Shown: positions 53,948 to 63,392 of the stretch, in pieces
How positions within the stretch are numbered: position 1 is the first letter of the stretch
Layout: each line of letters opens with the position of its first letter
NCBI GenBank assembly: GCA_004299485.1
Contig: SCQP01000008.1
Coordinates: 132,341-196,340 of the forward strand
DNA from: Acidobacteriota bacterium
GTDB lineage: Bacteria > Acidobacteriota > Terriglobia > Terriglobales > SCQP01
Direction: 5' to 3'
Length of the DNA stretch: 64,000 nucleotides
Made by a program: the position numbers and the translations under genes
Notes under the pieces: generated by a model
Told to the model about the DNA's origin: nothing
The model's input: the letters and a program-made list of their open reading frames with translations, nothing else
The model's database searches: none

Positions 53948-55325
53948 GGTGGACTCCTTTCACGCTGGCCAGCAGGTTCATCAGGTCGGCGATTTTCCGG
54001 TTCTCGAGATCCTCGACCGCTTCTGCGATTTTCTGGCGCAAGGGTGCAGGCGCGTACGGCTCGCTCAGACGGTTGAATTTATCGAGCGCGGTCTTCCAGG
54101 TAAACGGATGGGTATGGAAGCCTTCGTAGTCGCGGCCCTCCTCTGTCAGCGTGCGGCCATCGGTCAAATGAATCGTCACTTTGCAGGGCATCTCCTCCGG
54201 GAAGCGGGCGCTGTAGGCGGCGTTCGGCTTCACGCTGACATTGCGCAGCAGGGTTTGGACTTGCGGCCGCTGGATGCGCTCAGGCAGATACTGCTCGGGC
54301 GTAACTTCGCCATCCACAATCGCAGTGGCGACCATGTAGTTCAGGCTATGGTCGGCTTCTTCTTTCGTCCGCACCAGCGTTTTGGCGCCTTCCTCGCCGC
54401 CGCCGATGATGTTGAAGGCGACGTCGAAAACCTCCAGCTCGAGGCGGCTGACAGCGGCCGCCTGGAAACCGTATTGGCGCTTCATAGCCAGCACCGTCTC
54501 CAGCACCGACTGTGAGTGCACCTCAGCGTTGTACTTCTTGACGATGGTGCGGGTGACGCACTCCAGGTCTTCGCGCGCCCAGTCGATCTCGAAATGTCCG
54601 GAGATGGCGTCCATGAAGCCCTTGTTGCCCTCAAACACCTCCGGCGGGCCAGTGATGCCGCGCATCGCCAGAAAGGCGGCGTGGGTGCCGCAGAAATCGG
54701 TGTTCGGGTACGCCAGGCCTTTCCAGTTGGACAGGGCGCCGGTGCGGGTCACGCGCAGGGCGTTAAAGGCGGTGCCACTGATGGCGATCGCGTTGGTGGT
54801 TTGCGCCACGTTCAGTCCCAGCGCGCGCGCTACGCCGGCAGCGACGGCAAACGAACCCAGCGTGGTGTGGTCGAAGCCTTTGGCGCGCACCGGCGCCACG
54901 TCGCACAGACGGCACAGCACCTGATAGGCCAGCGCCACGGCGGCCAGGAATTCCTTGCCGTCGCGGCCGGCGTACTCCGACGCGGTGAGGACGGCGCCAA
55001 TGTTGTCGCTGGGATGGCAGGTTTCGCCCTTGGCGAGGTAGCTGTCATTGAAGTCGAGGTAGCGGACGAGCGCGCTGTTGTAAAAGGCAGCGCGGTCGGG
55101 CGCCGTCCTGCCGCCGCCGATGAGCGTGGCCATGGGCCGGCCGCCAAAGTCATCGGTGTGCTGACGCAGCAGCAGCACGGGAGGACCGTCCAGCGCGCCG
55201 ATGGCGCACCCCAGGGCATCGAGCACCCGGATTTTGGCCTGCAGGCGGGCAGCCTCCGACAGGCTGCGGTACGAGGCCCCCACTGCGAATTCCGCAAGCG
55301 CTGCGGCATAGGTCATCGCACCCAC
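53925..55325 (-). CDS. MmgE/PrpD-family dehydratase
   Basis: 466 aa. The N-terminal ..RVLDALGCAIGAL.. and the overall length and pattern match the PrpD family. Confidence 0.8.
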   Translation of the reverse strand: MGAMTYAAALAEFAVGASYRSLSEAARLQAKIRVLDALGCAIGALDGPPVLLLRQHTDDFGGRPMATLIGGGRTAPDRAAFYNSALVRYLDFNDSYLAKGETCHPSDNIGAVLTASEYAGRDGKEFLAAVALAYQVLCRLCDVAPVRAKGFDHTTLGSFAVAAGVARALGLNVAQTTNAIAISGTAFNALRVTRTGALSNWKGLAYPNTDFCGTHAAFLAMRGITGPPEVFEGNKGFMDAISGHFEIDWAREDLECVTRTIVKKYNAEVHSQSVLETVLAMKRQYGFQAAAVSRLELEVFDVAFNIIGGGEEGAKTLVRTKEEADHSLNYMVATAIVDGEVTPEQYLPERIQRPQVQTLLRNVSVKPNAAYSARFPEEMPCKVTIHLTDGRTLTEEGRDYEGFHTHPFTWKTALDKFNRLSEPYAPAPLRQKIAEAVEDLENRKIADLMNLLASVKGVHHGAPKSA

Positions 55326-55415
55326 CTCCTTCTTCAGTTTACCCGACAGCGTGATGTGTGGAACACAGCATGGGTGTGATACAAGTCACGTGAGTAGAAC
55401 CGCGCTACTATCGAA

Positions 55416-56819
55416 ATGCGCGTATTCGTTATGCCGATTGCTCCCAGCCGCCTCAGCCTGCTGACGGATCTTTACGAGCTCACCATGGCCGCGGGTTATT
55501 TCGAGCGCCGGCTGGAGGCACGCGCCACGTTTGCACTGTTTGTGCGCTCGCTGCCGCCCCGCCGCGGGTTTCTGCTCGCTTGCGGGATCGAGGCCGCACT
55601 GGATTACATCGAGCAGCTCTCATTTTCGGGTGAGGAGATCGGTTACCTGCGTCAGCTTCCAGCCTTCCGTACGGTGTCGAGCCGGTTTTTCGACTTTCTT
55701 GGCCGGCTCCGATTCGAGGGTGATGTGGCCGCCGTAGCGGAAGGCACCGCCGTCTTCGCCGGCGAACCCATTCTTCAGATTTCCGCGCCCATCATTCAGG
55801 CGCAAATTGTGGAAACCTATCTGCTCTCGGTCGTCAACTTCGAAACCCTCATCGCCACCAAGGCGGCGCGGGTGGTGGAAGCCGCGGCCGGCCGCGACGT
55901 CGTCGAGTTTGGCACACGCCGCGCACAGGGGCCCGAGGCCGGGCTGCGCGCGGCGCGCGCCGCCTACCTCGGCGGCTGCGCCGGGACCTCGAACGTGCTG
56001 GCCGGCTTCCGCTGGGGCATTCCTATCGCCGGCACGGCGGCACACTCCTGGACGCAGGCGTTCCCCAGTGAACGCGAGAGTTTTGAGGCGCTGCTCAAGA
56101 CGTTTCCGCAATCCGCCTACTTGCTGCTGGACACCTACGACACGCTGGCTGCGGCCCGCATGGCGGCAGAATTCGATGTGCCGATTCCCGGGGTCCGGCT
56201 GGATAGCGGTGATCTGGCGGCGCTGAGCCGCGAAGTCCGCAAGATTCTGGACCGGGGCGGTCACCGCGAAACCAAAATCATGGCCAGCGGCAATCTGAAC
56301 GAGGACAAAGTCGCGGCGCTGGTGGCGGCGGGCACGCCGATCGACTCCTTTGGCGTGGGCACCGAGCTGGCCACCTCGCACGACGCCCCCGCTCTGAACG
56401 CCATCTACAAGCTGGTGGAAATCGAGGCGCAGGGCCGCATCCGCCCGATTACCAAGACGGAAGAAGGCAAGGGCTATTTTCCCGGCAAGAAGCAGGTATT
56501 CCGGTTCAGCCGCAGCGGCCGCTTCGATCACGACGTTCTGGCTCGCAGCGACGAACCGATCACCGGCGCAAGGCCGCTGCTGCAGCCGGTGATGCGGTCG
56601 GGGAAGCGATTGCAGGCAGCGGCGGCGGCGCAGACGATCCGGGCGCATGCGCGCGAACAGGTGCAGAGCCTGCCAGAGGGCGTCAGGGCGCTCAGGAACG
56701 CGACTGCCTATCGCGTTGAGCCCAGCGCCGCGTTACAGGAACTCGACGCCGGAGTACGCAAGGCACTCGGCGAGCCAAAGAATCATGAGCGAAGCGCAGC
56801 TGGTATTTCTCGACATTGA
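55416..56819 (+). CDS. pncB: nicotinate phosphoribosyltransferase
   Basis: LLTDLYELTMAAGYF opening, then GTAAHSW, LLDTYDT and VRLDSGDL. Confidence 0.9.
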   Translation: MRVFVMPIAPSRLSLLTDLYELTMAAGYFERRLEARATFALFVRSLPPRRGFLLACGIEAALDYIEQLSFSGEEIGYLRQLPAFRTVSSRFFDFLGRLRFEGDVAAVAEGTAVFAGEPILQISAPIIQAQIVETYLLSVVNFETLIATKAARVVEAAAGRDVVEFGTRRAQGPEAGLRAARAAYLGGCAGTSNVLAGFRWGIPIAGTAAHSWTQAFPSERESFEALLKTFPQSAYLLLDTYDTLAAARMAAEFDVPIPGVRLDSGDLAALSREVRKILDRGGHRETKIMASGNLNEDKVAALVAAGTPIDSFGVGTELATSHDAPALNAIYKLVEIEAQGRIRPITKTEEGKGYFPGKKQVFRFSRSGRFDHDVLARSDEPITGARPLLQPVMRSGKRLQAAAAAQTIRAHAREQVQSLPEGVRALRNATAYRVEPSAALQELDAGVRKALGEPKNHERSAAGISRH

Positions 56820-57396
56820 CACGCAGGTGGACTTCATGCTGCCCGCGGGCGCGCTTTACGTGCCCGGCGCGGAAACCATCATTCCCAACCTGCAACGGTT
56901 GATGACCTTCGCCGCCGCGCAGCGGCTGCTGGTGCTGTCTTCGGCCGACGCCCACGCACCCGACGACCCCAGCTTCGCGCAATGGCCACCGCACTGCGTC
57001 GCCGGCACGCCCGGACAGCAAAGGATTGCCGAGACGCGAATGCCCGCGCCGCTCCTTCTCCTCAACCGGCCGGGGGCATTCCGGCCGCCGGCGCCGGCTG
57101 CGGGCCAGGTGATTCTGGAAAAGATCGACTACGACGTCTCCTCGAATCCGAATTTCGATCCGTTGCTGCGCGCACTGGGCGACAGCCGCTTCGTCGTTTT
57201 TGGCGTCGCTACCGGCTACTGCGTCCAGGCTTCGGCGCTGGCGCTCCGGCGCCGCGGCTATGCCGTCATCGTCGTGACCGACGCCATTCGCGGCATCACC
57301 GAGGAGGGCCACCAAACGGCTTTGCGCACGCTCGCTGAGGCTGGTGTCCGTTTTGCAAGCACCGATGACGTGCTTGCCCTGTCGGCCACGGGCTGA
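56785..57396 (+). CDS. pncA: isochorismatase-family hydrolase (nicotinamidase-like)
   Basis: The internal ATG gives MSEAQLVFLDIDTQVDFM..WPPHCVAGTPG..VVFGVATGYCV. It overlaps the pncB 3' end. Confidence 0.8.
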   Translation: MSEAQLVFLDIDTQVDFMLPAGALYVPGAETIIPNLQRLMTFAAAQRLLVLSSADAHAPDDPSFAQWPPHCVAGTPGQQRIAETRMPAPLLLLNRPGAFRPPAPAAGQVILEKIDYDVSSNPNFDPLLRALGDSRFVVFGVATGYCVQASALALRRRGYAVIVVTDAIRGITEEGHQTALRTLAEAGVRFASTDDVLALSATG

Positions 57397-57465
57397 TTGA
57401 GGTGCAATCCGTCGACCGCTTGCAGGGCCTCGTCCGGCTGCTGCGCGAGGTGGCAGAATGACAAC

Positions 57466-58167
57466 ATGACGGTTGTTGAGCGTGAGCAGGCGTTCCAGCG
57501 GCTGCAGCAGAAGATTATCGGCTCGCGCGCCTGCCCGCGGCTGGCCGTCTATTGCCGCCGGGTGGCGAAGACCAAGCGGCTGATGTTCCGCGATCAGCCC
57601 TACTGGGGCAAGGCGCTGCCCAGCTTCGGCGACCAGAGCGCGGAACTGCTCATCATCGGCCTGGCGCCGGCCGCGCACGGCGGCAACCGCACCGGCCGCA
57701 TGTTTACCGGCGACCGTTCGGGCGACTTTCTCTTCCGGGCGCTATATGAAGCCGGTTTCGCCAATCAACCGACCTCCGTACACGCCGCCGACGGCCTGGC
57801 GCTGCGCAACTGCTACATCTCGACGGTGGTGCGCTGGGCGCCGCCGCAGAACAAGCCCACGCCGGAGGAAATCCGCCGCTGTCTGCCCTTTCTGCAACGC
57901 GAGCTGGAGCTGCTGGACCGCGTGCGCGCGGTGCTGCCGCTGGGCCGGCTTGCCTATGACGCCTATCTCCGTCTCGCACGCGAGCAGGCCAAGCTGCCGC
58001 CAAAAAACCAGATGCCCTTCGCGCACGGCGCGGTCTTCGATCTGCCGCGACCGCTGCCGCGCCTGTATTGCTCCTACCACCCCAGCCAGCACAACACCCA
58101 GACCGGGCGGCTGACGCCGGCCATGTTCGGCCAGGTGCTGCACGATATCCAGGAGTATCTGTCGTGA
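57466..58167 (+). CDS. uracil-DNA glycosylase superfamily protein (family 4/5, UdgB-like)
   Basis: MTVVEREQAF..C.RL...C.., GLAPAAHGGNRTGRMFTGDRSG, and the C-terminal HPSQHN. Confidence 0.8.
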   Translation: MTVVEREQAFQRLQQKIIGSRACPRLAVYCRRVAKTKRLMFRDQPYWGKALPSFGDQSAELLIIGLAPAAHGGNRTGRMFTGDRSGDFLFRALYEAGFANQPTSVHAADGLALRNCYISTVVRWAPPQNKPTPEEIRRCLPFLQRELELLDRVRAVLPLGRLAYDAYLRLAREQAKLPPKNQMPFAHGAVFDLPRPLPRLYCSYHPSQHNTQTGRLTPAMFGQVLHDIQEYLS

Positions 58168-58844
58168 ACAATCGCACGCCTGCCATCGAGGCGCTGGGCG
58201 GTTACACCGGGCCCCGGCGCGTCAAGCAAATTCTCAAAGAACTGGCGGGACTGTATCCCAACGCCGCCTGTCTGCTGCATTACGGCAACGCCTTCGAGCT
58301 GCTGGTCGCCACCATTCTCTCCGCGCAATGCACCGATGCGCGCGTCAATCAGGTGACGCCCGGGCTGTTTCGTAAATATCCCACGCCGCAGGCGTTCGCC
58401 GCGCTGCGGCCGGAGCAGTTGGAGCCCGAGATTCACTCCACCGGCTTTTTCCGGAATAAAGCCAAAAGCATCGTGGGCACGTCGCAGCAGTTGGTGGCGC
58501 GTTTTGACGGGCAGGTTCCCAAGACCATGGACGAGCTGCTGACGCTGCCCGGGGTGGCGCGCAAGACAGCGAACGTCGTTCTGGGCAGCGCGTATCACGT
58601 GGCGAGCGGCATCGTGGTCGACACCCACGTGTTCCGCGTGGCTACCCGCCGCCTGCGACTGTCCAGCGCGACCACGGCCGCCGGCGTCGAGCAGGACCTG
58701 ATCACCCTGGTGCCGCGCGACCGCTGGATTTCGTTCAGCTATCAGACCACCCTCTTCGGCCGCGAGCTGTGCCTGGCGCGCAAACCCCGCTGCGCGCAAT
58801 GCCCACTCGAGCCCATCTGCGACTCACCGGAAAAAACCGTCTAA
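58164..58844 (+). CDS. nth: endonuclease III
   Basis: GTG start overlapping the udg stop (GTGA). FELLVATILSAQCTDARVN, HhH LPGVARKTANVV, and the FeS cluster C..ARKPRCAQCPLEPIC. Confidence 0.9.
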   Translation: MNNRTPAIEALGGYTGPRRVKQILKELAGLYPNAACLLHYGNAFELLVATILSAQCTDARVNQVTPGLFRKYPTPQAFAALRPEQLEPEIHSTGFFRNKAKSIVGTSQQLVARFDGQVPKTMDELLTLPGVARKTANVVLGSAYHVASGIVVDTHVFRVATRRLRLSSATTAAGVEQDLITLVPRDRWISFSYQTTLFGRELCLARKPRCAQCPLEPICDSPEKTV

Positions 58845-58963
58845 GCTACACCGCGCCGCCGGCGCCACTGCCCGGCCGGTGTCCGTCCCAGGGAGGCTGA
58901 AGCCCGAAGTTCACGCAACCATTCCACGGCGCCCGGAATCATCCGGCGAATGCGGAGGACGCC

Positions 58964-59743
58964 ATGAAGGTCGTGGTGGTGGGCGGCACCGGAAAAATCG
59001 GTTCCAGAACTGTCAACAACCTGCGCCGGCAGGGGCACGAGACGGTGGCCGCCGCACCCGAAACCGGCGTGAATACGATTACCGGCGAGGGGCTGGCCGC
59101 GGCGCTGCGGGGAGCATCGGTGGTGGTAGATGTTTCCGACTCGCCCGCCTGGGATGACGCGGCGGTGCTGAAGTTCTTTGAGACTTCCACCCGCAACCAG
59201 CTTGCCCAGGAAGCGGCGGCGGGCGTGGGTCATCATGTGGCGCTTTCGGTGGTGGGCACCGACCGGCTGAGCGAGAGCGGCTACTTCCGCGGCAAGATCG
59301 TGCAGGAGAAGCTGATTCGCGAGTCACGCAACCCCTACACCATCGTGCATGCCACCCAGTTTTTTGAATTTCTCAAGAAGCTGGCTGACCTCTCGGCCAG
59401 CAACGGCGAAATCCGCATGCCCCATGTGCGCTTCCAGCCGATGGCGGCCGACGATGTGGGCCGCGCCGTGGCCGGCATCGCGCTCCGCGCCCCCGCCAAC
59501 CGCGTGGTCGAAATTGCCGGGCCGGAGCCATTCTGGCTGGATGAGCTAGTGCAGCGCCGCCTGCGCGCACTCGGCGACCCACGCCGGGTGGTCGCCGATC
59601 CCGAGGCGCGCTACTCGGGAGCGAAGCTGGCCGAGAACACGCTGCTTCCGGGCAAGGACGCAGAAACGGGAACCATCCGTTTCGAAACCTGGCTGGCCCG
59701 GGCTGGAGCACCGAGACCGGATGCGCAGGCGCCGGCCGCATGA
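58964..59743 (+). CDS. NmrA-like / atypical SDR NAD(P)-binding protein
   Basis: [17 protein letters not shown] Rossmann opening; 259 aa. Confidence 0.75.
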   Translation: MKVVVVGGTGKIGSRTVNNLRRQGHETVAAAPETGVNTITGEGLAAALRGASVVVDVSDSPAWDDAAVLKFFETSTRNQLAQEAAAGVGHHVALSVVGTDRLSESGYFRGKIVQEKLIRESRNPYTIVHATQFFEFLKKLADLSASNGEIRMPHVRFQPMAADDVGRAVAGIALRAPANRVVEIAGPEPFWLDELVQRRLRALGDPRRVVADPEARYSGAKLAENTLLPGKDAETGTIRFETWLARAGAPRPDAQAPAA

Positions 59744-59802
59744 ATCCACTCGCGGAAAGCGGGCCGCGCGGCGGTGCGAAGGTCGCAGTCAAAGGAGACA
59801 TT

Positions 59803-60648
59803 ATGAGCACCCTTACCGTCAGCGACGGCACTTCGATTTATTACAAGGATTGGGGCCAGGGGCCGACGGTGGTGCTGGCGCACGGCTGGCCGTTGCAGGC
59901 CGATTCGTGGGATGGCCAGATGCTTTTCCTGGCGCAGCACGGCTACCGCGCGGTGGCCCACGACCGGCGCGGCCACGGACGGTCGAGCCAGCCCTGGCGG
60001 GGCAACGACATGGACCACTACGCTGACGATCTCGCCACTCTGATAGAAGCGCTGGATCTCAACGACGTGACCCTGGTGGGACACTCCACCGGCGGTGGCG
60101 AGGTGACCCGCTATATCGGGCGCCATGGCACCGGGCGGGTAGCGGCCACTGTGTTGATTGGGGCGGTGCCGCCCCTCCTGCTGCGCAGCGACTCCAACCC
60201 GGAAGGCATCCCCATCGCGGTCTTCGACGAGCTGCGTCGCCGCCTGGCGGCCGACCGCTCGCAGTTCTACAAAGAATTCGCGCTCGCCTTCTATGGCGCC
60301 AACCGCGCCGGCGCAAAGGTCTCACAGGGACTCTTGGACCAGTTCTGGCGGTGGAGCATGCAGGCGGGCCTGCTCAATATTTACGAGTGCATCCGGGCGT
60401 TTTCCGAGACCGACTTCACCGCCGATTTGCGCAAATTCGACCGGCCGACGCTGATCATGCACGGCGAGGACGATCAGATCGTGCCGATCGGGGATTCCGC
60501 CAAGAAGTCCGCCCGCCTGATCCCGAGCGCCCGCACAATCTACTACCCCGGCCGCTCGCATGGCCTGACCGCCACTCATCAGGATGAAGTCAACGCCGAC
60601 CTGCTGCAGTTCCTCAACTCGGTACACCAGGCGCGCAAAGCGGCTTAA
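59803..60648 (+). CDS. alpha/beta hydrolase (non-haem haloperoxidase/arylesterase-like)
   Basis: AAAGGAGA SD plus [23 protein letters not shown].., HGWP, nucleophile elbow GHSTGGG, C-terminal GRSHGL. Confidence 0.85.
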   Translation: MSTLTVSDGTSIYYKDWGQGPTVVLAHGWPLQADSWDGQMLFLAQHGYRAVAHDRRGHGRSSQPWRGNDMDHYADDLATLIEALDLNDVTLVGHSTGGGEVTRYIGRHGTGRVAATVLIGAVPPLLLRSDSNPEGIPIAVFDELRRRLAADRSQFYKEFALAFYGANRAGAKVSQGLLDQFWRWSMQAGLLNIYECIRAFSETDFTADLRKFDRPTLIMHGEDDQIVPIGDSAKKSARLIPSARTIYYPGRSHGLTATHQDEVNADLLQFLNSVHQARKAA

Positions 60649-60657
60649 CTAGAGCCA

Positions 60658-60704
60658 CATTGACTGGCGCGGGGCCTGGCGTGGCTGCGCCACGCCACCC
60701 GCTT
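60658..60704 (+). repeat. hairpin repeat family 2, copy B (REP-like)
   Basis: CATTGACTGGCGCGGGGCCT-GGCGTGGC-TGC-GCCACGCC-ACCCGCTT, followed by the GC hairpin GGGGGCC..GGCCCCC. Confidence 0.8.
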
Positions 60705-60804
60705 GACGCTCGGCCGGGCCGGGGGCCCACGGTGCCAACGGCGCGGCCCCCACGTGACGCGAGCGCGCTGCCAGGCCTTGAACCGCCGCGCAGGGCGTCG
60801 CCAT

Positions 60805-60849
60805 CCCTATACCTCCTCGGTGTGATATTACTCACACTCTATACCTCGG
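60805..60849. promoter_or_regulatory. candidate operator upstream of nrdJ: direct repeat CTATACCTC(N)CGG x2 (32-bp period) flanking an 18-bp palindrome
   Basis: CCCTATACCTCCTCGG (60805-60820), GTGTGA-TATTAC-TCACAC (60820-60837), CTCTATACCTCGG (60837-60849). It lies in the only AT-rich patch of the intergenic region. Confidence 0.35.
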
Positions 60850-60886
60850 CGTTAAAGCGCAGGATAATAAACGGAGAAGGTGTTGG

Positions 60887-63334
60887 GTGAGCGCAGTGCT
60901 GCAGGCGAATACGCTCGATATTCTGCGGAAGCGCTACTTCCGGAAGGACGAGGCGGGACGCATCCTGGAGGATTTCCCGGGCCTGTGCCGCCGCGTCGCG
61001 CGCTATGTGGCGCAGGCGGAGCCGGACGAGCCGCACGGCCGGCGCGCGGAAGTGGAAGAGACATTCTACCGGCTGATGGAAAGCCGGACGTTTCTACCCA
61101 ACTCGCCGACGCTGTTTAACGCGGGCACGGCGCAACCGATGCTCTCGGCCTGCTTCATTCTGCCGGTCGAGGATTCCATCCGTGGTATTTACAAATCCAT
61201 CGCTGACGGCGCGGTGATCGAAAAGTTGGGCGGCGGCATTGGCATGGACTTCTCGCAGCTTCGCCCGCAGGGGGCGCGCACGGCCCTCGGCGGCGTCGCT
61301 TCGGGCCCGCTGTCGTTCATGACCTCGTTTCAGACCATGTCGGAAACCATCCGTCAGGGCGGCCGGCGGCGGGGCGCCATGATGGCCATGCTCGACGTGC
61401 AGCACCCCGATATTCTGGCTTTCCTCGACGCCAAGCGCGCCACGCCGCCCGGGCGCGCGCGGCAATTGGCCGTGGAGCACAACCTGCCGGAGTCACTTGC
61501 CCAGGAACTGCTGACTGACTTAGGCTGGCAAGCGCCCTATTCCGGCTTTAACCTGACCGTAAAGCTCACCGACACCTTCATGGCCGCGGTCGAAACCGAT
61601 GGCCTCTTTCCCCTGCGTGACCCGCAGGGCGGCGTCTGGAATGGCGGCATCACCGATCCGCGCGGGGCACTGCGCGCCACGCCGCTGCCGGAAGGCGGCT
61701 TGGGCTTGCCCGCGCGCGCCGTCTGGCAGCGCATCATCGCCAACGCCTGGCAGGCGGCCGAGCCCGGCATCGCCTTCATTGACCGGATCAACCGTGACAA
61801 CCCGGTACGCTCGCTGGGCGAGATCCGGAGCAGCAATCCCTGCGGCGAGTACTGGCAGGTGGGCTACAACTCCTGCAATCTGGGCTCGCTCAACCTGACG
61901 CGATTCCTGCGGTCGAACCGATCAATTGACTGGGCGCGGCTGGCACGCGCGGCGCGCACCGCGGCACGCTTTCTCGATCATGTGATTACGGTCAGTCAGT
62001 ATCCGATTCCGGAAATCGCCAGCGTCACGCGGCAGACGCGACCCACCGGGCTGGGCGTGATGGGCTATGCCGATCTGTTGCTGGCACTCGGCATCCGCTA
62101 CGGCAGTCCCGAATCCATTGCGTTGGCGGGGCGCCTGATGCAGTGGATCCAGTACTGGGCGTGGGTGGAATCGACCCAGTTGGCGCGGGAGTTCGGGTCG
62201 TTCCCCGAGCTCGACCGCAACCGCGGCTACTTCGACGCCAAGATGCGGCAATTGACCGAGCGCTTCGGTCAGACCTTCACCGGTCCGGAATTCGTTGCAC
62301 TGGGCGGCGAAGCGCCCTCGCGTCTGGACGAGCTCTATGGCCAGTGGGGCGTGCGCAACTGCCAGGTCACGGTCGAGGCGCCCACCGGCTCGCTCAGCCT
62401 GATCGCAGAATGCAGCTCGGGCATCGAGCCCGTGTTTGCCTTTGCCTACGAGCGTCAGGACTCGCTGGGCACGCGCGCCTACCAGCACCCCGCGGCTGCC
62501 GCCTGGGCGCAGGCGAGCCCCGGGCAGCCGCTGCCGGACTATTTCGTCGATGCCGCCGCCATCACGCCGGAGCAGCACATCCTGGTTCAGGCGGCGTTTC
62601 AGCAGCACATCGACAACGCCGTCAGCAAGACGGTGAACCTGCCCGCCGGCGCCAGCGAGCGCGACGTGGAGCAAGCCTATCGGCTGGCCTACGAGCACGG
62701 CCTGAAGTCGGTCACGGTGTACGTAGAAGGCAGCCGCGAGGGCGTGCTGCGGCGCAGCGCACCCCGGTCTGACACCGCGACCGCCGTTGTGGCTCCGGTG
62801 GCCGCCCCGGTCCACGCTGTCGCGCCGGCGGGTGCAATCGTCCGGCCCGAGTACCTGCGCGGCCTGACGCGCAAGATCCGCACACCTGCCGGCACCGTCT
62901 ACGTGACCGTCAACTACGACACGGAAGCGCGCCAGATTACCGAGGTTTTCGTGCGCGAGAGCAGCGGCAACGAGGCCTGGGAGCTGATCGGCCGCCTGCT
63001 CAGCCTGCTGCTGCGGGCGCGCGTGCCGCTACAGAAAATCCTGCCGCAGCTTTACCGCACGCGCGGGCAGAACACCATCGTGCTCGACCAACGCATCCTG
63101 ACCTCGACGGCGCAGGCCATTGCCCACACCCTCGAGAGCGCGGAAGAGATCTTCCGCTCCCCGGATGCCGGCACGGCCGCGCTGCCAGTTACATCGCCGG
63201 CGGCACCGCCAGCGCCCACGCCCGCCCGCGCCCGCGAGTGTCCGGAGTGCGGCCGCGAGGCGCTGTACCCCTCCGGCGGCTGCCTCACCTGCGTCCGCTG
63301 CGGCTATTCCACCTGCGGAGGGTCTATCAACTAA
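60887..63334 (+). CDS. nrdJ: class II (adenosylcobalamin-dependent) ribonucleotide reductase
   Basis: GTG start with GGAGAAGG SD. LDILRKRYF.., SNPCGEYW active-site loop, AVSKTVNLP, and a C-terminal Zn-ribbon CPECG..CLTCVRCG. Confidence 0.9.
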   Translation: MSAVLQANTLDILRKRYFRKDEAGRILEDFPGLCRRVARYVAQAEPDEPHGRRAEVEETFYRLMESRTFLPNSPTLFNAGTAQPMLSACFILPVEDSIRGIYKSIADGAVIEKLGGGIGMDFSQLRPQGARTALGGVASGPLSFMTSFQTMSETIRQGGRRRGAMMAMLDVQHPDILAFLDAKRATPPGRARQLAVEHNLPESLAQELLTDLGWQAPYSGFNLTVKLTDTFMAAVETDGLFPLRDPQGGVWNGGITDPRGALRATPLPEGGLGLPARAVWQRIIANAWQAAEPGIAFIDRINRDNPVRSLGEIRSSNPCGEYWQVGYNSCNLGSLNLTRFLRSNRSIDWARLARAARTAARFLDHVITVSQYPIPEIASVTRQTRPTGLGVMGYADLLLALGIRYGSPESIALAGRLMQWIQYWAWVESTQLAREFGSFPELDRNRGYFDAKMRQLTERFGQTFTGPEFVALGGEAPSRLDELYGQWGVRNCQVTVEAPTGSLSLIAECSSGIEPVFAFAYERQDSLGTRAYQHPAAAAWAQASPGQPLPDYFVDAAAITPEQHILVQAAFQQHIDNAVSKTVNLPAGASERDVEQAYRLAYEHGLKSVTVYVEGSREGVLRRSAPRSDTATAVVAPVAAPVHAVAPAGAIVRPEYLRGLTRKIRTPAGTVYVTVNYDTEARQITEVFVRESSGNEAWELIGRLLSLLLRARVPLQKILPQLYRTRGQNTIVLDQRILTSTAQAIAHTLESAEEIFRSPDAGTAALPVTSPAAPPAPTPARARECPECGREALYPSGGCLTCVRCGYSTCGGSIN

Positions 63335-63392
63335 TAGAATCTGCGGCAACGCATCATGGCGTGTCGCATCTAACTGAGTGTGAAAGGAACGA

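Noticed and set aside
60705-60800. Possible cobalamin riboswitch upstream of nrdJ. GGTGCCAACGGCGCGGCCCCCACGTGA and GCCAGGCC..ACCGCC loosely resemble the GGTG..AA..CC..GC.G.CCCGC.ACTGT.A core and the B12 box.
   Set aside because: The AGGGAA element and most of the conserved core are missing, and the region is too short. The GC hairpin is explained as the second stem of repeat copy B. B12 riboswitches normally control B12-independent enzymes, not nrdJ. Only a cmscan with RF00174 could overturn this.
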